Positions 62,465-64,000 of a DNA stretch of 64,000 nucleotides are shown piece after piece. Made by a program: the position numbers and the translations under genes. Source of the DNA: Leidyana gryllorum EB-2025a (taxonomy: Eukaryota > Protista > Apicomplexa); NCBI GenBank assembly GCA_048772705.1, contig JBLWGC010000230.1:1488001-1552000 (forward strand). Direction: 5' to 3'. A model generated the notes under the pieces. That model saw only the letters and a program-made list of their open reading frames with translations. It was not told the DNA's origin and made no database searches. Each line of letters starts with the position of its first letter. Positions within the stretch are counted from its first letter, which is position 1.

Positions 62465-63635
62465 CTAATAAGCTGTGCAGTTTTTTATCATCTCTTCCGG
62501 TACTTCTCGAGACTCCAGCACCCCATATTTCATCAAGCTCAGTGCGTGAAGGCGCAGAGCTTCTTTGGCAGGTCTGACAAGATAGCGTGTCCGGAAATCT
62601 ATAGCAAACCCACCTCCATTTGATGCGTAAGACTTCCGACGCTTTAGCATTCGAGACGTAAGTGGGAAGGTTCAATTTATCATAGGCGAGTCGAAGAGTT
62701 CGGTTGAATGGTTTCAGGCAGGCCAGGAGGAGGACGAATGGGGTGTTAGTGGCAATCTTGAAGCCATACTTTTCGAAGACTTCGGCTAGTACCTTGGCCT
62801 GATCTTGCATTGTCATATTACCATCATCGGCCCGCAAGCAGAATCTTTGTCCGACCACCTCCGCTTCGGGTGCTTCCATAGCAACTATATGAGCGAAAGC
62901 TACGTCTCGCACATCGACATGACTGGAAGTGATGGGTGGGGCGAAGGGATAGGTTTTAAGCAGAACCCGTTTGATTTGTTCACTCGACTCCGAGGCACCG
63001 TGCGACGCGTCCAATATGGGGCCGAAGATGAATCCCGGATTCAACACCACCAATTGCATTGGCGGCTCCGGTTGTCCTCTTGCATTGTTGTATTCCTTAA
63101 CCATCTCCCAAGCTTTCTGCTCGGCCAATGTTTTACTGCGTTCGTAGCCCCCAGCGACCTTCGGGTCTGACCAGTCCTTCTCAGTGAACTGTGCGAAAGA
63201 GCCATCAGCGTTCTTTTCTGCGTACCGCTGCTTGGGATGGCCATAGCACACAGCGGCCACACTGCTTGTCATCACTATGCGTTGCACAGATGTGCCTCCA
63301 GCCAGGATGGGTTTGAAGAGGTTTTCGACCCCAGCAACAGCTGGGCCGACAACTTCGTCTTCATGAGCAAAATCCAGAATAAATGGTGACGCTACGTGGA
63401 TGACGTATCTGACATCCTTCACAGCTTCAGCCCATCCCTTTGGGGAGGTGAGGTTGGTCTCCACAAGTTCGAGATTGGTCTCAGCCTTGGGGTGGAAAGT
63501 TTTAAGAAACCGATATTTATCGCCATTGACATCTCTGACAGTGCCTCTGACTTTATAACCTCTGTCAAGGAGTTGAAAGGTTACATGAGAGCCGACCCAG
63601 CCAGCACAACCTGTTACAAGCACGTCAGCAGGCAT
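62465..63635 (-). CDS. NAD(P)-dependent SDR reductase (DFR-like), copy 2, one 3' intron
   Basis: LVTGCAGWVGSHV, HVASP, YERSKTLAE and VDVRDVA; same intron position as copy 1. Confidence 0.92.
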
Positions 63636-63667
63636 TCTAAACACCAAAATTGCAGCGCTTTCGAAAA

Positions 63668-64000
63668 CTAAGGGGCAATTGCTGGGTTTTTTCCTGGTAG
63701 CGGAGCGGCGCGTCGAATGGGAGCTTCCACGATCTTGGCAACCTCTGGGGTTTCCCAGGGCCTTGCAGTGGGATCAGCCCAACTGGCGAGAGCGGCCTTA
63801 TTCTGGACCGCCGACTTTGCTTCGGCGAGCCACCGCTTCTCCCAGTCGTAGTCTGGTGGCACTGCAATGAGATCCTTGGCCCCCTTTTCGACCATTTCTC
63901 GGAATTGCGGGGTGTGAAAGCCAGCTGCATGACACGAATTGAAATGAACAGCGAAATCCCCAGCCTTCCAGGTCAAAGGTGATCGTTGGGGATGATTCAT
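63668..64000 (-). CDS. 3' end of a probable GT34-type glycosyltransferase (partial)
   Basis: WKAGDFAVHFNSC resembles the W..GDF..HF.GC motif. Confidence 0.55.
   Translation of the reverse strand: MNHPQRSPLTWKAGDFAVHFNSCHAAGFHTPQFREMVEKGAKDLIAVPPDYDWEKRWLAEAKSAVQNKAALASWADPTARPWETPEVAKIVEAPIRRAAPLPGKNPAIAP

Overview
Gene-dense eukaryotic nuclear DNA with many very short (about 23-100 nt) GT-AG introns and intergenic gaps often under 60 bp. This style suggests an alveolate such as Perkinsus (inference only). Protein genes reconstructed by hand across introns: two tandem ABCB/MDR transporters, MFAP1, SF3B5, a Cys-rich membrane protein, intronless RPL4, a YqaJ/lambda-exonuclease-like ORF, NSF/SEC18, VPS13, MSH6, an unkempt-like CCCH protein, PUS7, ALG2, CSN5, FAM32A, TRAPPC1, a RECQL4-like helicase, two tandem SDR/DFR-like reductases, a GT34-like fragment and several hypotheticals, plus tRNA-Gly(GCC). 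The most notable feature is missed by the ORF track. The 2.3 kb at about 14.87-17.13 kb is a plus-strand snoRNA cluster: 3 U35/snR73-like C/D RNAs, a U24/snR24 homologue, a 4x93-bp tandem array of a C/D RNA, two U17/snR30 H/ACA RNAs with compensatory base changes, and further H/ACA-like hairpins. It runs directly into the intronless RPL4 gene, which suggests one precursor with the snoRNAs in the outron of a trans-spliced ribosomal-protein mRNA. rRNA target sequences are quoted from recall of conserved eukaryotic rRNA and are not in the window. Exon boundaries are manual estimates.
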